Assembly: GCA_964608745.1 (NCBI GenBank)
Contig: CAZSPC010000001.1
Location: 750 to 64,749 of the forward strand
Direction: 5' to 3'
DNA from: an uncultured Candidatus Saccharibacteria bacterium
Lineage (GTDB): Bacteria; Patescibacteriota; Minisyncoccia; Phycocordibacterales; UBA12079
DNA: 64,000 bases
Shown here: positions 17,665 through 28,594 of the stretch, one piece after another
How positions within the stretch are numbered: position 1 is the first letter of the stretch
Layout of the letters: each line of letters begins with the position of its first letter
Program-made: the position numbers and the translations under genes
The notes under the pieces: generated by a model
Told to the model about the DNA's origin: nothing
Seen by the model: the letters and a program-made list of their open reading frames with translations, nothing else
Database searches by the model: none

Positions 17665-17801
17665 GTAGGGTAGGGGTCGGACCCCTACCCTTGTTTTATC
17701 CCCATTTTTATTATATATAAAATCAAAAATACTGTGTTAAAATATAAGTAATATCGGATTTTTCTATTTGAGTAAGTAGATGGTGAGTAATTAAAAAATA
17801 A

Positions 17802-20800
17802 ATGGAAAAACATAAGCTGAAAATTTATATTTTACTAACAGTTGCTTTTTTGATGGTGGCTGTCTTTTTGCCGTTGAATATTACGAAAGCAAAAGAAATT
17901 TTGGTGGGCGAAAAAATATCCCAAGAGATTGAAAAAGTTATCGATTTACTTGAAGTTTTGGCTAAAAATACCTTTAGTTTTTTTGTAGAAAATAGGGCTG
18001 ATGGAATCAAAAAAATAGTTAATTCAACTAATAATCTTTTCATTTATGTTTATGTTGCTGATCCAAAATTCGAAGAAAAAGACAAAAATAAGGTAGAGTT
18101 TGCACAAAAAAAAGAAATCGAAGAACCAAAGCTAGAAATTCAAACTCAAAAAATTGTTTTTGTTGGACTTGTGGATGATTTTCGTCAAACTATTTTAGAA
18201 TTTATAAACCTAACGAAAATCTTTTCTCAAAATGTTTTAGAAGGAGCAAGTGAAGTTCGAAAAATAACAATTGATTTAACAACTAAATCTTTAAAAGATA
18301 CCCAATGGCTAATTCAAGAAAACAATTCTTTGGTTAATGGTATTCTAGGTAAAGGAGTTAAACAAGCTCAAAAAATTGTAATTTTTGCTAGTGAATTTAC
18401 AAATATTTACTATATTCAACTTGGAAAAATAACAACTAGAATACCTGATGTAGCAACTACCATAGTCACAAGTGCTTTTGATGATGTTCATATGGTTGTT
18501 AAAATCAATAACGATTTTGTAAACAACACTCTTGGCCGAGGAGTAAAAAAAATAAAAGTTACCGCAATTTGGACAACCAGCTTATTATCTTCAATGGATG
18601 ATAATTTTAAAAACCTGGCTCTAAGAATTTACAAAAACACAACAAAACTAACATCAGATACTTTTACTCAGATTAAAAAAACAACCCGCCAAGTAAAATT
18701 CCTTTTCTCTGAGTCTTTTGTGGGTTCGGGGATTGTTTTGGGTGAGAAAAAAGATTATCTTTTGGCTTCGGCTTATCGACAATCAAATCGAGGAAAAACA
18801 GTTCTTGAAAATACAGCTGTAAAAACATATAGATTTTTTAACAACTTGCTTATCTTTAATTTTGGCAATAATGAAGTGATTGTTGTTGAAGAAGAAAAAC
18901 ACAACGAACTAAAAGAGGAACCACAAAAAGAAATACAAAATGTCAATCCGCCTAAGGTAGAAGAGCAGGTAAAAGTAGTTTATCAACCAACTAATACAAT
19001 TGTTGAAAGAGTAATTCAGGCAACTAGTGGTGTAACACCAGCAGATCTACAAAAACTAAAAAACGAATTATTGCAAGAGATTTACAGAATGGCAGATAAA
19101 TCAACACCAACTATATATCCAATATCTAACTACGCAGCTATTGCTCACACAAACAAAATTGATCAACTAAATTCTGTTACTATCAATTCATCAGCAATCA
19201 GTGGCGGGACTATTAGCGGAGCAACAATAACTAACACACCAATTTCCGGTTCAACTGGATCATTCACAATACTTTCGGTGTCTGATAGCGCAACAATTGG
19301 GGGACAATTTACAGCAAATAGTGCCTCAACAACCCAATTAACTGTTTCTGACCGATCTTGGTTTACTGGTTTAGCTTCTTTTGGTAATGCAACAACTTCA
19401 AACTTAACAGTAACCGGAATACTTTATGACTCAGACGGAGAAGCTGGTATATCGGGTCAAGTTCTTTCTACCACAGCAACTGGAACGAGTTGGACAACTA
19501 ATTCTTCAACCCAAGATTCAGACGGAGATACAATGATTCAAGCAGAAGAATCAGCTGACGAAGATAAAATTAGATTTGATACTGCCGGAACAGAAAGGAT
19601 GGTTATTGATGAAGATGGAAAAATTGGAATAGCAACAACTTCACCTTTATCAAAACTAACAATCTTCGGAGATGTGTTCCTAGACGGAGCAAATCGTTAT
19701 CTGAATTTTGGTACAACTACTGCTACTTCATCTGCTGGTTATGGTATTAGAGATAATTTAGGAACAATACAATACAAAAACCTAGGAGGTTCTTGGGCTG
19801 ATGTTGGAAGTGGAGGAGGGTCAGGAACAGTAACTTCTGTTGATATGACAGTCCCAACCGGATTATCTGTTTCAGGAAATCCAATTACTACATCTGGCAC
19901 ACTAGCTCTAACCTATTCTGCTGGTTATGAAGGGCTAAAAACAGCTTCATCAACTAACTGGAATACTTTCTACGATACTCCTTCAAACAGAATCACGGCT
20001 GGAACAGGATTGAGTTGGTCAACTAACACACTTAATGCTGAAGTACAATCATCAGATTTAAATAACTACCTTTCACTAGTAAATTGGTACGCAACAACAA
20101 CTCACGAAAATATTTCTTCTCTCCCTTCGCTTTCAATCACAGAATCACAAATTTCAGATCTTGATCATTTCGATGGAGGAGGTTTTTACACATATTTCAA
20201 TGCAACTAATACGGATGCTCTTAGCGAAGGTTCTTCAAACCTTTATTACACAGACGCAAGGGCTCGATCTGCCATCGATTCTTCTGCTACAGGATTAACT
20301 TATACACCAGGGACAGGAATCTTTTCTCTAACCCCTGGTTACAACATTCCATTAACAGCCAGCACAACTAACTGGAATAATTTTTATGATACTCCTTCGG
20401 GTCAAATTACAGCAGGAACAAATATTTCTTGGTCTTCAAATACTTTAAATGTTGATGATGCGTTTTTAATTAATAATGGAGATGATGCAACTACGGGACA
20501 GCTTACCGCAGCAAACTTTGTAGCTTCGTCCGGTACAGCAACTTCCACATTTGCCGGTGGCTTGAATGTAGGAAGCGGAGGTTTGATTTATGATTATTCG
20601 AGTGGAAAAGTAGGTATTGGAACAGATTCTCCGGTTACTAATTTAGAAATAAGTAGTAACGAAACAACAGAATTGAGAATTGGACATGGAAATAATTGGA
20701 ATGGTGCCTTGTCGTTTTATGAGGGAGGAGTACCTTCTTGGTCTTTTTATAACGTTGGAAATGGCGACTTGTTTCAATTTAATTATGCTGGTACAGGAAT

Positions 20801-23501
20801 GGCTACATTTGAACCAGGTGGTGATGTTGGAATAGGAACAACCTCACCTTTTGCTAAATTATCAGTAGCGGGTAATGGTTATTTTGACGGAAATGTGACA
20901 GCTTCAATTTTTACAGCTACAAGTACAAGTGCCACCTCCACTTTTCCATATTTTTCAGCCTCCCAATCTAATCTTGGTACGGTAGTAGGAGGAATCTGGA
21001 ACGGCTCCTCGATTGCTGATGCTTATGTTGACAATGATATTACCGCTTCAAATTATCTTTCGTTGACCAACTGGTTTGCAACAACAACTCACTCACTAAT
21101 TTCAAGCTTGCCTAATCTGTCTGTTACAGAATCACAAATTTCAGACCTAGATCATTACACAAACAATGATTGGGATATTAGAATGACATCAACAACAACC
21201 CTTCCCTCAATAACAACATTAGCTAACTTAGCTACGGTTGGAACAATTGGAAGTGGAGTTTGGAACGGAACTGCTATTGGTGATACTTATCTAACCAAAA
21301 CAGGCAATTGGACAGGAACATTTGATGGGCAAGAAGGTTCTTATTACCTAGATGCTGATAATCTAAACGACTTTGATAATCCTTTCTATACCTACTTCAA
21401 CGCAACTAATACGGATGCTTTGAGCGAAGGATCAAGTAATTTTTATGCGACTCAAAGTCGTTGGGATAGTTTTTGGAACGCATCAACTACATTAAGTAGC
21501 GTTACTTCTGTTCCTAATCTATCTATCACAGAATCTCAGATATCTGACTTACAAAATTACTTGGCTTTGGCTAATTGGTATGCAACAACAACTGATGGAC
21601 TAACACAAGGTTCAGCAAATCTATACAATCAAACTCACACAGGAGAAGTAACAGGATCTACCGCTTTAACAATTGCTAACAATATTATTGATGAAGCTAA
21701 TCTAAAACTAGACACTTCACCAACTGACAACTACATTCTAATTGCTTCTTCTACAGCAAGTGGAGGAATGGATTGGGTAGCAACCTCTTCTCCTCTTTTG
21801 AATTTATCCTCGGGTGGCGGAGGTTCTTCAGCTCTAACTCACACAAATATTTTTGTTGGAAATTCTTCAAATATAGCAACAGCAACTTCATCTTTGGTTA
21901 TTTTGGACAATGGGAATATAGGAATAGGAACAACTTCACCTCTAACCTCACTATCCCTCGAAGGCACAGCCGGAACACCTATAATGAACATTGCTAATTC
22001 AACTGGTGCCAGTGCTTTGTATGTTGATGAGGGCGGAGATATTGGCATCGGGATGACCGCTCCAACCTCCAAATTTCATGTAGTAGATACATTAAGCGCA
22101 GCTACTGGTGATGAAGTAGTATATTCTCTTAATTATACAACCAATAAAGCAACTAGTGGAAATGATACGGGGTTACAGATAAACATGACGGATACAGCGA
22201 GTCCTGGAACGAGCTATTTAATTGATGCTCGTGTTGGGGGTACAAGTAAGTTCTGGGTTGATTCTAGTGGTAACGCTTTAATTGCTAATGGAATGAGGCT
22301 TGGTTCTGCAAATGCTTCGATTAGCCCAGCAGGAAGTAAGCTACTACTTAATTCAACCGAAAAGATTGAAATGAGATTATGGGGTGATATTTCATCTGGT
22401 AATGCTTTTGAGTTTAAACCTGGTATGGCAGGTTTGCAACTGACCGGGTCAAGCGGAGTTCAATCATTTTTAAGTATAATACCAGAAATCAATCAGAGTG
22501 GAACAGCTGGATATAATGGTATATTTCTTAATGTTACAGAAACAGGAATTGGTAGTGGTCCTAATAATTTAATTGATTTGCAGGTAGATAGTTCAAGTAA
22601 ATTTTTGGTTGATAATACCGGTAACGTCGGAATCGGGACAACTTCACCATATTCAAAATTATCTGTTTGGGGAGACGCTCTTGGAAATATTTTTGAAGCA
22701 ATTACAAATTCTTCAACAACAGCTATGGTAATTAATGCAATTGGTGATATTGGCATTGGAGTAACCGATCCTGATAAGAAATTAGAAGTATTCGAGACAG
22801 TTGCTGATGCACAAGTTAAAATTTCTTATGATGCAACTCGTTATGCGAACTTGCAAGTTGATTCTGTTGGAGATTTAATTATTGATCCTCAAGGAAATGA
22901 TTTATTCTTAAATGACGATAACCTGTTTTCTTGTACAGGAGGTTCGTGTCCTGCTGGCAATCCAACCGGAACAGGTAATATAGTGGTTGAAAATAAAGTA
23001 GGTATTGGAACCACAACTCCTGCCTACAAATTATCAATTGAAACCCAAGATTCATCAACTAATTTATTACAAATAGCATCTAGTACTAATCAAAATATAT
23101 TTACAATCAACTCCGATGGAGATATTGCTATTGGAACATCTAGTCCGTTTGCGAGATTTTCTATTGGATCAGGGGGGGCTATTGTTGTTGAAGAAAATAC
23201 TCTTATTGATGGAGCAACTATTACAGTTGATTGGCGAGATGGTAATCAGCAAGATGTTGAGTTAGGTGGAAACAGGACAATTAATTTCTCAAATTACACT
23301 CCTGGACAAACATTGCGTCTGCTTGTTTGTCAAGATTCGACTGGTTCAAGGACAGTTACTTGGGATTCAAACATAGATTGGAATGATGCCACAGCTCCTA
23401 CTCTTACAACCACAGCAGATAAATGTGATGTGATTGCGTGTATTGCGACAGAGGCAAAGGGTGTTTTGGATGTCTTTTGTACAGCGACGTTGAATTTTTA
23501 A
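17802..23501 (+). CDS. giant secreted/cell-surface protein (1899 aa), tail-fibre-like repeat protein
   Basis: N-terminal TM/signal; Thr/Ser/Gly-rich; many (K/D)IGIGTTSP(x)xKLSV repeats and 3 copies of SLSITESQISDLDH / FNATNTDALSEGSSN(L/F)Y units. Confidence 0.6.
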   Translation: MEKHKLKIYILLTVAFLMVAVFLPLNITKAKEILVGEKISQEIEKVIDLLEVLAKNTFSFFVENRADGIKKIVNSTNNLFIYVYVADPKFEEKDKNKVEFAQKKEIEEPKLEIQTQKIVFVGLVDDFRQTILEFINLTKIFSQNVLEGASEVRKITIDLTTKSLKDTQWLIQENNSLVNGILGKGVKQAQKIVIFASEFTNIYYIQLGKITTRIPDVATTIVTSAFDDVHMVVKINNDFVNNTLGRGVKKIKVTAIWTTSLLSSMDDNFKNLALRIYKNTTKLTSDTFTQIKKTTRQVKFLFSESFVGSGIVLGEKKDYLLASAYRQSNRGKTVLENTAVKTYRFFNNLLIFNFGNNEVIVVEEEKHNELKEEPQKEIQNVNPPKVEEQVKVVYQPTNTIVERVIQATSGVTPADLQKLKNELLQEIYRMADKSTPTIYPISNYAAIAHTNKIDQLNSVTINSSAISGGTISGATITNTPISGSTGSFTILSVSDSATIGGQFTANSASTTQLTVSDRSWFTGLASFGNATTSNLTVTGILYDSDGEAGISGQVLSTTATGTSWTTNSSTQDSDGDTMIQAEESADEDKIRFDTAGTERMVIDEDGKIGIATTSPLSKLTIFGDVFLDGANRYLNFGTTTATSSAGYGIRDNLGTIQYKNLGGSWADVGSGGGSGTVTSVDMTVPTGLSVSGNPITTSGTLALTYSAGYEGLKTASSTNWNTFYDTPSNRITAGTGLSWSTNTLNAEVQSSDLNNYLSLVNWYATTTHENISSLPSLSITESQISDLDHFDGGGFYTYFNATNTDALSEGSSNLYYTDARARSAIDSSATGLTYTPGTGIFSLTPGYNIPLTASTTNWNNFYDTPSGQITAGTNISWSSNTLNVDDAFLINNGDDATTGQLTAANFVASSGTATSTFAGGLNVGSGGLIYDYSSGKVGIGTDSPVTNLEISSNETTELRIGHGNNWNGALSFYEGGVPSWSFYNVGNGDLFQFNYAGTGMATFEPGGDVGIGTTSPFAKLSVAGNGYFDGNVTASIFTATSTSATSTFPYFSASQSNLGTVVGGIWNGSSIADAYVDNDITASNYLSLTNWFATTTHSLISSLPNLSVTESQISDLDHYTNNDWDIRMTSTTTLPSITTLANLATVGTIGSGVWNGTAIGDTYLTKTGNWTGTFDGQEGSYYLDADNLNDFDNPFYTYFNATNTDALSEGSSNFYATQSRWDSFWNASTTLSSVTSVPNLSITESQISDLQNYLALANWYATTTDGLTQGSANLYNQTHTGEVTGSTALTIANNIIDEANLKLDTSPTDNYILIASSTASGGMDWVATSSPLLNLSSGGGGSSALTHTNIFVGNSSNIATATSSLVILDNGNIGIGTTSPLTSLSLEGTAGTPIMNIANSTGASALYVDEGGDIGIGMTAPTSKFHVVDTLSAATGDEVVYSLNYTTNKATSGNDTGLQINMTDTASPGTSYLIDARVGGTSKFWVDSSGNALIANGMRLGSANASISPAGSKLLLNSTEKIEMRLWGDISSGNAFEFKPGMAGLQLTGSSGVQSFLSIIPEINQSGTAGYNGIFLNVTETGIGSGPNNLIDLQVDSSSKFLVDNTGNVGIGTTSPYSKLSVWGDALGNIFEAITNSSTTAMVINAIGDIGIGVTDPDKKLEVFETVADAQVKISYDATRYANLQVDSVGDLIIDPQGNDLFLNDDNLFSCTGGSCPAGNPTGTGNIVVENKVGIGTTTPAYKLSIETQDSSTNLLQIASSTNQNIFTINSDGDIAIGTSSPFARFSIGSGGAIVVEENTLIDGATITVDWRDGNQQDVELGGNRTINFSNYTPGQTLRLLVCQDSTGSRTVTWDSNIDWNDATAPTLTTTADKCDVIACIATEAKGVLDVFCTATLNF

Positions 23502-23505
23502 CAAA

Positions 23506-26022
23506 TTGAAAATTAATATGCTTGTTTTTATCAAAAAATATCATAAATTACTAACCATCATATTAGCCATTTTTGTGGTTTTTTCTACTTTCTATTTTCA
23601 ACTATTAAACGAAAAAGACAGTACCGTAGAAGCTGCTTTTGAAATTGATAACTCTCTTCGTTTTAACGACGACGACAGTCCTTATCTTTCCCGTACACCA
23701 AGTTCAGCAGGAAATAGAACAGTTTGGACTTGGTCTGGGTGGGTAAAACTTGGTAATATTTCTACATTAAAATATTTATTTGCCGCAGGAACAGATGGTA
23801 GTAATGAATCTGCTATTAGATTTAATGCAGACGATACTTTGCAAATAGATAATTATGTAGGTGGAGCAACAAAATCAAAAAAAGTGACAACTGCCGTATA
23901 TCGTGATCCGGGAACCTGGTCTCATATTGTTGTTTCTGTGAATGGTTCTACACAAAATATGTACGTTGATGGTGTTCAAATAACAAATTTTTCTACAAAT
24001 ACTACCGATACATCTAACTGGTTTTTTAATAACACGGATGGGCATAAGATAAGTGGCCGAGCGCACACAACTGGTAGTTATATCGACGGCTATCTTTCCG
24101 ATGTTCACTTTATCGACGGGCAGGCACTCACACCATCTAGTTTTGGAGAAACCAATACCTCCGGTCAATGGGTGTCCAAAGCTTATTCCGGTACATATGG
24201 TACTAACGGCTACCACCTTGATTTTGCTAATTCTACCGATTTAGGGAATGATGTATCTGGACAAAACAACGACTGGACATCCACCAATCTTGACGCTACT
24301 GACCAAGTTATTGATACTCCAACAAATAATTTTGCTGTTTTGAATGGAGTTGTACGACACGGTAGTAATACTACTTTATCTGACGGGAATCTTGTTGAGG
24401 ATTGGGTAGGGGCGAATTGGCAAGGCCTTGTGCCAGCTACCTTAGGTACACAATCAGGGAAGTATTATATGGAGGTAGCGTACGATGGCAATGCTACATA
24501 TAGTGCTGTTGGTGTGACTGGTTGGGGGGGTCTGTATGATTCTACTCCAAATATATCAGCATGTAGTATAGCTCTCAATAATGACGATACTGTGGCGCTT
24601 AGGGCTTGGGGTACTTCATATACAAATTTATGCCATGATACAACAGAAGAGACATCATGGGGGACGGCAATAACTGACGGAGATGTAACCATGATGGCTT
24701 GGGATGTTGACACCAAACAAGTTTGGTTTGGCAAAAATGGTATCTGGGAGAATTCAGGAGATCCTGCAAACGGAACTAATGAGGCGGTTGTTATGTCTGG
24801 GACAACAGAACTTATACCTTTCATTTCGTCTTATTCTAATCCAATGGTTGTTAATTTCGGCGCTAATGCTCAAACAGGACTAACCTACGACTCCGACGCC
24901 GGTGGATATTTCAAATATACTCCACCAACTGGATTTAAAGCTCTCTCTACTGCTAATCTTCCTACACCAGCTATCACCAAACCCTCTGATCATTTTGATA
25001 TAGCAACTTATACTGGAAATGGTTCAACACAATCAATTACAGGACTTGATTTTCAACCGGATTTAGTGTGGTTGAAAGATAGAACGAGTGCTAACAGCCA
25101 TGGACTTTTTGATATTATTCGTAGCACAACCAAACTTTTGTCGTCAGATGCAACTTCGGTGGAATCAACGGACGCGGATACACTCACCTCATTTGATTCA
25201 ACTGGGTTCTCGCTCGGCGCTGATACAAAATATAATACAAATACAAATAATTATGTCGCTTGGAACTGGAAAGCTGGCGGAACAGCTTCTTCTAACACTG
25301 ACGGATCAATTACTTCATCAGTTTCCGCTAACCCCACTGCTGGATTTTCGATTGTGAGTTATACGGGGAATGGAACGGCCGGAGCGACAGTGGGACATGG
25401 TCTAAATGATGTACCAGAAATGGTGATAATTAAGAATAGAGATGGTGCTGATGATTGGGCAGTGTATGCGAATGAAGATGGAACTGATTATCTTCAGCTT
25501 AATTCAACTGCAGCAACTGCCGATAATAATACCTATTGGAATGATACTAATCCTAGTTCTTCGGTCATAACTCTTGGTACCAATTCAGATGTTAATAATA
25601 ATTCTGAGAATCTCGTTGCTTACGCATTCCATTCTGTTCCTAGCTACTCAAAAATCGGATCATACACCGGAAACGGTTCCGCTGATGGTCCGTTTGCTTA
25701 TACCGGATTTAAACCAAGGTATGTAATGGTTAAAAGAACTGATACAACAGGAAATTGGCAAATTATTGATCTAGAGAGATCTCCAGCACCAAATCCAGCA
25801 AGAAACCCATTATATGCCGATGTTACTGATGCTGAATCAACAGGAGGAGATGGTTATCCGATTGATTATAATAGCAATGGATTTAAGATTAGAAGCACAG
25901 AGGCGGTGAGAAATGCTTCTGGTGGAACATATATTTACTACGCTATCGCTGAATATACTTTAAAACCAGCAAGTGCTACCAGTTTGTCAGTTACTCCTTT
26001 GTGGTTTGGGATAGGGTTTTGA
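23506..26022 (+). CDS. large membrane-anchored LamG/concanavalin-A-like domain protein (838 aa)
   Basis: N-terminal TM; TWSGWVKLGN...SHIVVSVNGSTQNMYVDGVQI is a LamG-type jellyroll signature. Confidence 0.5.
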   Translation: MKINMLVFIKKYHKLLTIILAIFVVFSTFYFQLLNEKDSTVEAAFEIDNSLRFNDDDSPYLSRTPSSAGNRTVWTWSGWVKLGNISTLKYLFAAGTDGSNESAIRFNADDTLQIDNYVGGATKSKKVTTAVYRDPGTWSHIVVSVNGSTQNMYVDGVQITNFSTNTTDTSNWFFNNTDGHKISGRAHTTGSYIDGYLSDVHFIDGQALTPSSFGETNTSGQWVSKAYSGTYGTNGYHLDFANSTDLGNDVSGQNNDWTSTNLDATDQVIDTPTNNFAVLNGVVRHGSNTTLSDGNLVEDWVGANWQGLVPATLGTQSGKYYMEVAYDGNATYSAVGVTGWGGLYDSTPNISACSIALNNDDTVALRAWGTSYTNLCHDTTEETSWGTAITDGDVTMMAWDVDTKQVWFGKNGIWENSGDPANGTNEAVVMSGTTELIPFISSYSNPMVVNFGANAQTGLTYDSDAGGYFKYTPPTGFKALSTANLPTPAITKPSDHFDIATYTGNGSTQSITGLDFQPDLVWLKDRTSANSHGLFDIIRSTTKLLSSDATSVESTDADTLTSFDSTGFSLGADTKYNTNTNNYVAWNWKAGGTASSNTDGSITSSVSANPTAGFSIVSYTGNGTAGATVGHGLNDVPEMVIIKNRDGADDWAVYANEDGTDYLQLNSTAATADNNTYWNDTNPSSSVITLGTNSDVNNNSENLVAYAFHSVPSYSKIGSYTGNGSADGPFAYTGFKPRYVMVKRTDTTGNWQIIDLERSPAPNPARNPLYADVTDAESTGGDGYPIDYNSNGFKIRSTEAVRNASGGTYIYYAIAEYTLKPASATSLSVTPLWFGIGF

Positions 26023-26055
26023 CTGTTCTATGAAAAACAAAAATTTTTTTAAAAT

Positions 26056-26457
26056 ATGAAATATTTTTTTCAACATAAATTCATCATAATCATCATTTTT
26101 CTTACTATATTCACATTAAGTTTCTTCAAACTTTTCGTTGTCTCTGGTTCATCAATGAAGCCGGCATATTCTCACGGAGATGTTGTGTTGGTTGAAAAAA
26201 TCTCACATCATTTTTTTATTCAACGCGATGATATTCTTATTTTTGAACATCCACGAGGAGATAATGATGATATTCAGATAAAAAGAGTGATTGGCTTACC
26301 AACAGAAACTGTGAATTTGGATGATGGGTTTAGTATGTATTTAGGATCGTTGGATTATTTTGTAATTGGTGATAATCGAAACGAAAGTACAGATTCACGA
26401 AATTTTGGAACTATTCAGCCAGAACATGTGATTGGGAAACCGATGTTTAAATTTTAA
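26056..26457 (+). CDS. minimal type I signal peptidase (S26 family, 133 aa)
   Basis: N-terminal TM; catalytic Ser box GSSMKPAY; IKRVIGLPTETV; GDNRNESTDSRNFG. Confidence 0.7.
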   Translation: MKYFFQHKFIIIIIFLTIFTLSFFKLFVVSGSSMKPAYSHGDVVLVEKISHHFFIQRDDILIFEHPRGDNDDIQIKRVIGLPTETVNLDDGFSMYLGSLDYFVIGDNRNESTDSRNFGTIQPEHVIGKPMFKF

Positions 26458-26499
26458 TATTAAACTTTAAACTTAATTTAAACTTGTTATAATAATCTT

Positions 26500-27867
26500 A
26501 TGAAAAACTTTTTTCATTTTATTCAATATAATAATGCATTTCCAATAATACTTGGTATTATTTTTCTTGGCGGCGGGACTGTTTTTGCAGCGACAAATCC
26601 TGAAATTATTTATGAAAAAGAAGAACACATTATTTCAATAGATAATACATATATTGTTGAAAAAGATTTGAATGGGTTTACCCCAACTGTGCAAATAATT
26701 GAAGTAACAGAAGATGACAAAAATTATTTTGTATCGTATTTGTTTACAACCATAGATTTGAAAGATGCTGTCTGGCAGGATGTTGAAAAAGAAAATATTA
26801 TGGCTATTTCAAAGGTTGATTTGGGCCAATATCGTGATTTAGGTTTCTATGTGATGGGGCAGTTACGGCAAAAAATAGAGAGGGAGATTGCTTATTTACA
26901 AGAAGTTCAAGGTTTTGAAAAAGAAAGTGTTACCCAAAAGACTGTTGCTACAAAATATGGTGGTTTAGTTGGGGCAATTATGGATGATAAAACAGAAGTA
27001 TTGCCTGGTTATATTCCTGTTGTGGAAGTTGTGGATCTAGAAGATAAGTGGCAAAGACCGGCAGATGACGGAAACAAAGAACAAAAAACCAACAACAATC
27101 AGTCGAGTTTGACTAGCGGTCCAAGTATTCAAATACTCGGAAATAATCCAGCTTGGATTACTTTAAAATCTTCTTATATAGATCTTGGTGCTATTGCACA
27201 TGATTCTAATGGTTATGATTTGACTATTAAATTATTACTAAATGGTAGTGAAACTAAACATATTCAGATTGATACTTCGACAACTTCAGAATATATAATC
27301 ACATACCGTTCTACTGATGGAGGAGGAAATACGAGCGAGGCGATACGACATATAGTTGTTTACGATCCGACTGTTCAAACCCCTCCGCCAGCAAATTCGG
27401 TCATTCCTACTATTCCAGATAAAATTGAAGAAAATGAGTATCAAGATCAAGATGAAAATGAAGAAGTTCAAAATGAGGTGGGCAATGAGAACGAAGAAAC
27501 TCAGGAACCGGAACTAACCTGTAACGAAAACAACCTAAACCTCTGTAATCAAACAGAATGTGAAGATCTAAGCTATCACTGGTATGATAATCAATGTAAT
27601 GTAGACGAAGAAGTAGTCGAAGACACAACAGCACCATTAATTACCTTACTTGGAGATGAAATAGTAGAAATAATATTAAACGAAGAATACACAGATGCAG
27701 GAGCAACAGCCAACGACGAAACAGATGGAGACATTACTCCAAACATCATCACCAATAACCCAGTCGATACATCAACTACTACATCCTATACAATCACTTA
27801 CAATGTTCAAGACGAAGCAGGGAATCAAGCTGAAGAGATTACAAGAACAGTAAATGTTGTTGAATAA
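26500..27867 (+). CDS. secreted protein with two DUF5011-type Ig-like domains and acidic Cys-containing linker
   Basis: N-terminal signal/TM; two repeats of G-NP--I--G--Y-D-GA-A-D---GD-T...Y-ITY...D--GN pattern. Confidence 0.5.
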   Translation: MKNFFHFIQYNNAFPIILGIIFLGGGTVFAATNPEIIYEKEEHIISIDNTYIVEKDLNGFTPTVQIIEVTEDDKNYFVSYLFTTIDLKDAVWQDVEKENIMAISKVDLGQYRDLGFYVMGQLRQKIEREIAYLQEVQGFEKESVTQKTVATKYGGLVGAIMDDKTEVLPGYIPVVEVVDLEDKWQRPADDGNKEQKTNNNQSSLTSGPSIQILGNNPAWITLKSSYIDLGAIAHDSNGYDLTIKLLLNGSETKHIQIDTSTTSEYIITYRSTDGGGNTSEAIRHIVVYDPTVQTPPPANSVIPTIPDKIEENEYQDQDENEEVQNEVGNENEETQEPELTCNENNLNLCNQTECEDLSYHWYDNQCNVDEEVVEDTTAPLITLLGDEIVEIILNEEYTDAGATANDETDGDITPNIITNNPVDTSTTTSYTITYNVQDEAGNQAEEITRTVNVVE

Positions 27868-27878
27868 TTGAATAAACA

Positions 27879-27908
27879 AAAAAAGTGGGTGTCGGACACC
27901 CACTTTTT
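27879..27908 (+). repeat. REP-like palindrome (agtgggtgtcggacacccact, inverted centre) upstream of RAYT-2
   Basis: reverse-orientation copy of ggtgggtgtccgacacccacc. Confidence 0.65.
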
Positions 27909-27916
27909 TTGTTAAT

Positions 27917-28594
27917 ATGATTATAATGAGAATTTATTTTGAAAAAGAAAGACACTACCATATTTATAATAGAGGTACAGATAAACGGGAGATATTTACA
28001 GATAAATACGATGTATATAGATTTATAGAAAGTATAGAAGAGTTTAATTGTGTTGGAGTTAATAATGATATTTTTCATTCTGAAAGGTCGAGAAAACGTC
28101 AAATAAAAAGAGGTGGGTGTCCGACACCCACCAAATATGAAAAAAGTGGCCAAAAACTTGTCAATATTATTGCATATTGTTTGAACCCGAATCACTATCA
28201 TTTTATTTTGGAAGAGTTGGTTGAAGGAGGAATAAGTGAGTTTATGAAAAGATTAAACGGAGGTTATTCCAGATATTACAATATAAAATATGGTAGATCT
28301 GGATCATTGTTTCAAGGAAAATTTAAGGCAAAATATATAAAAGAATCACTTCTTTATGTTTCTGCTTATGTTAATTTGAATAATCTTGTTCATAAAAAAA
28401 TTGACGGGACTAATTCGTATTTTATGGATGATATTGTTAATAGGTCGAGTTGGAGTGAGTATATTCAAGAAAATCCAAAATTTGAAATTTGTGAAAAAGA
28501 CTTTTTACTTAGTAGATATAACACTAAGTTAGAATATAAAAAAGATGCAGAGGAAATATTGAATACAATAAAAGAAAAACGTTATGAAGATTAA
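27917..28594 (+). CDS. REP-associated tyrosine transposase (RAYT) copy 2
   Basis: about 60% identical to copy 1; HYHIYNRG, NHYHFILEE, LFQGKFK, YVNLNNL; internal REP at 28112-28132 encodes RGGCPTPT; REP at 28594-28627 downstream. Confidence 0.75.
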   Translation: MIIMRIYFEKERHYHIYNRGTDKREIFTDKYDVYRFIESIEEFNCVGVNNDIFHSERSRKRQIKRGGCPTPTKYEKSGQKLVNIIAYCLNPNHYHFILEELVEGGISEFMKRLNGGYSRYYNIKYGRSGSLFQGKFKAKYIKESLLYVSAYVNLNNLVHKKIDGTNSYFMDDIVNRSSWSEYIQENPKFEICEKDFLLSRYNTKLEYKKDAEEILNTIKEKRYED

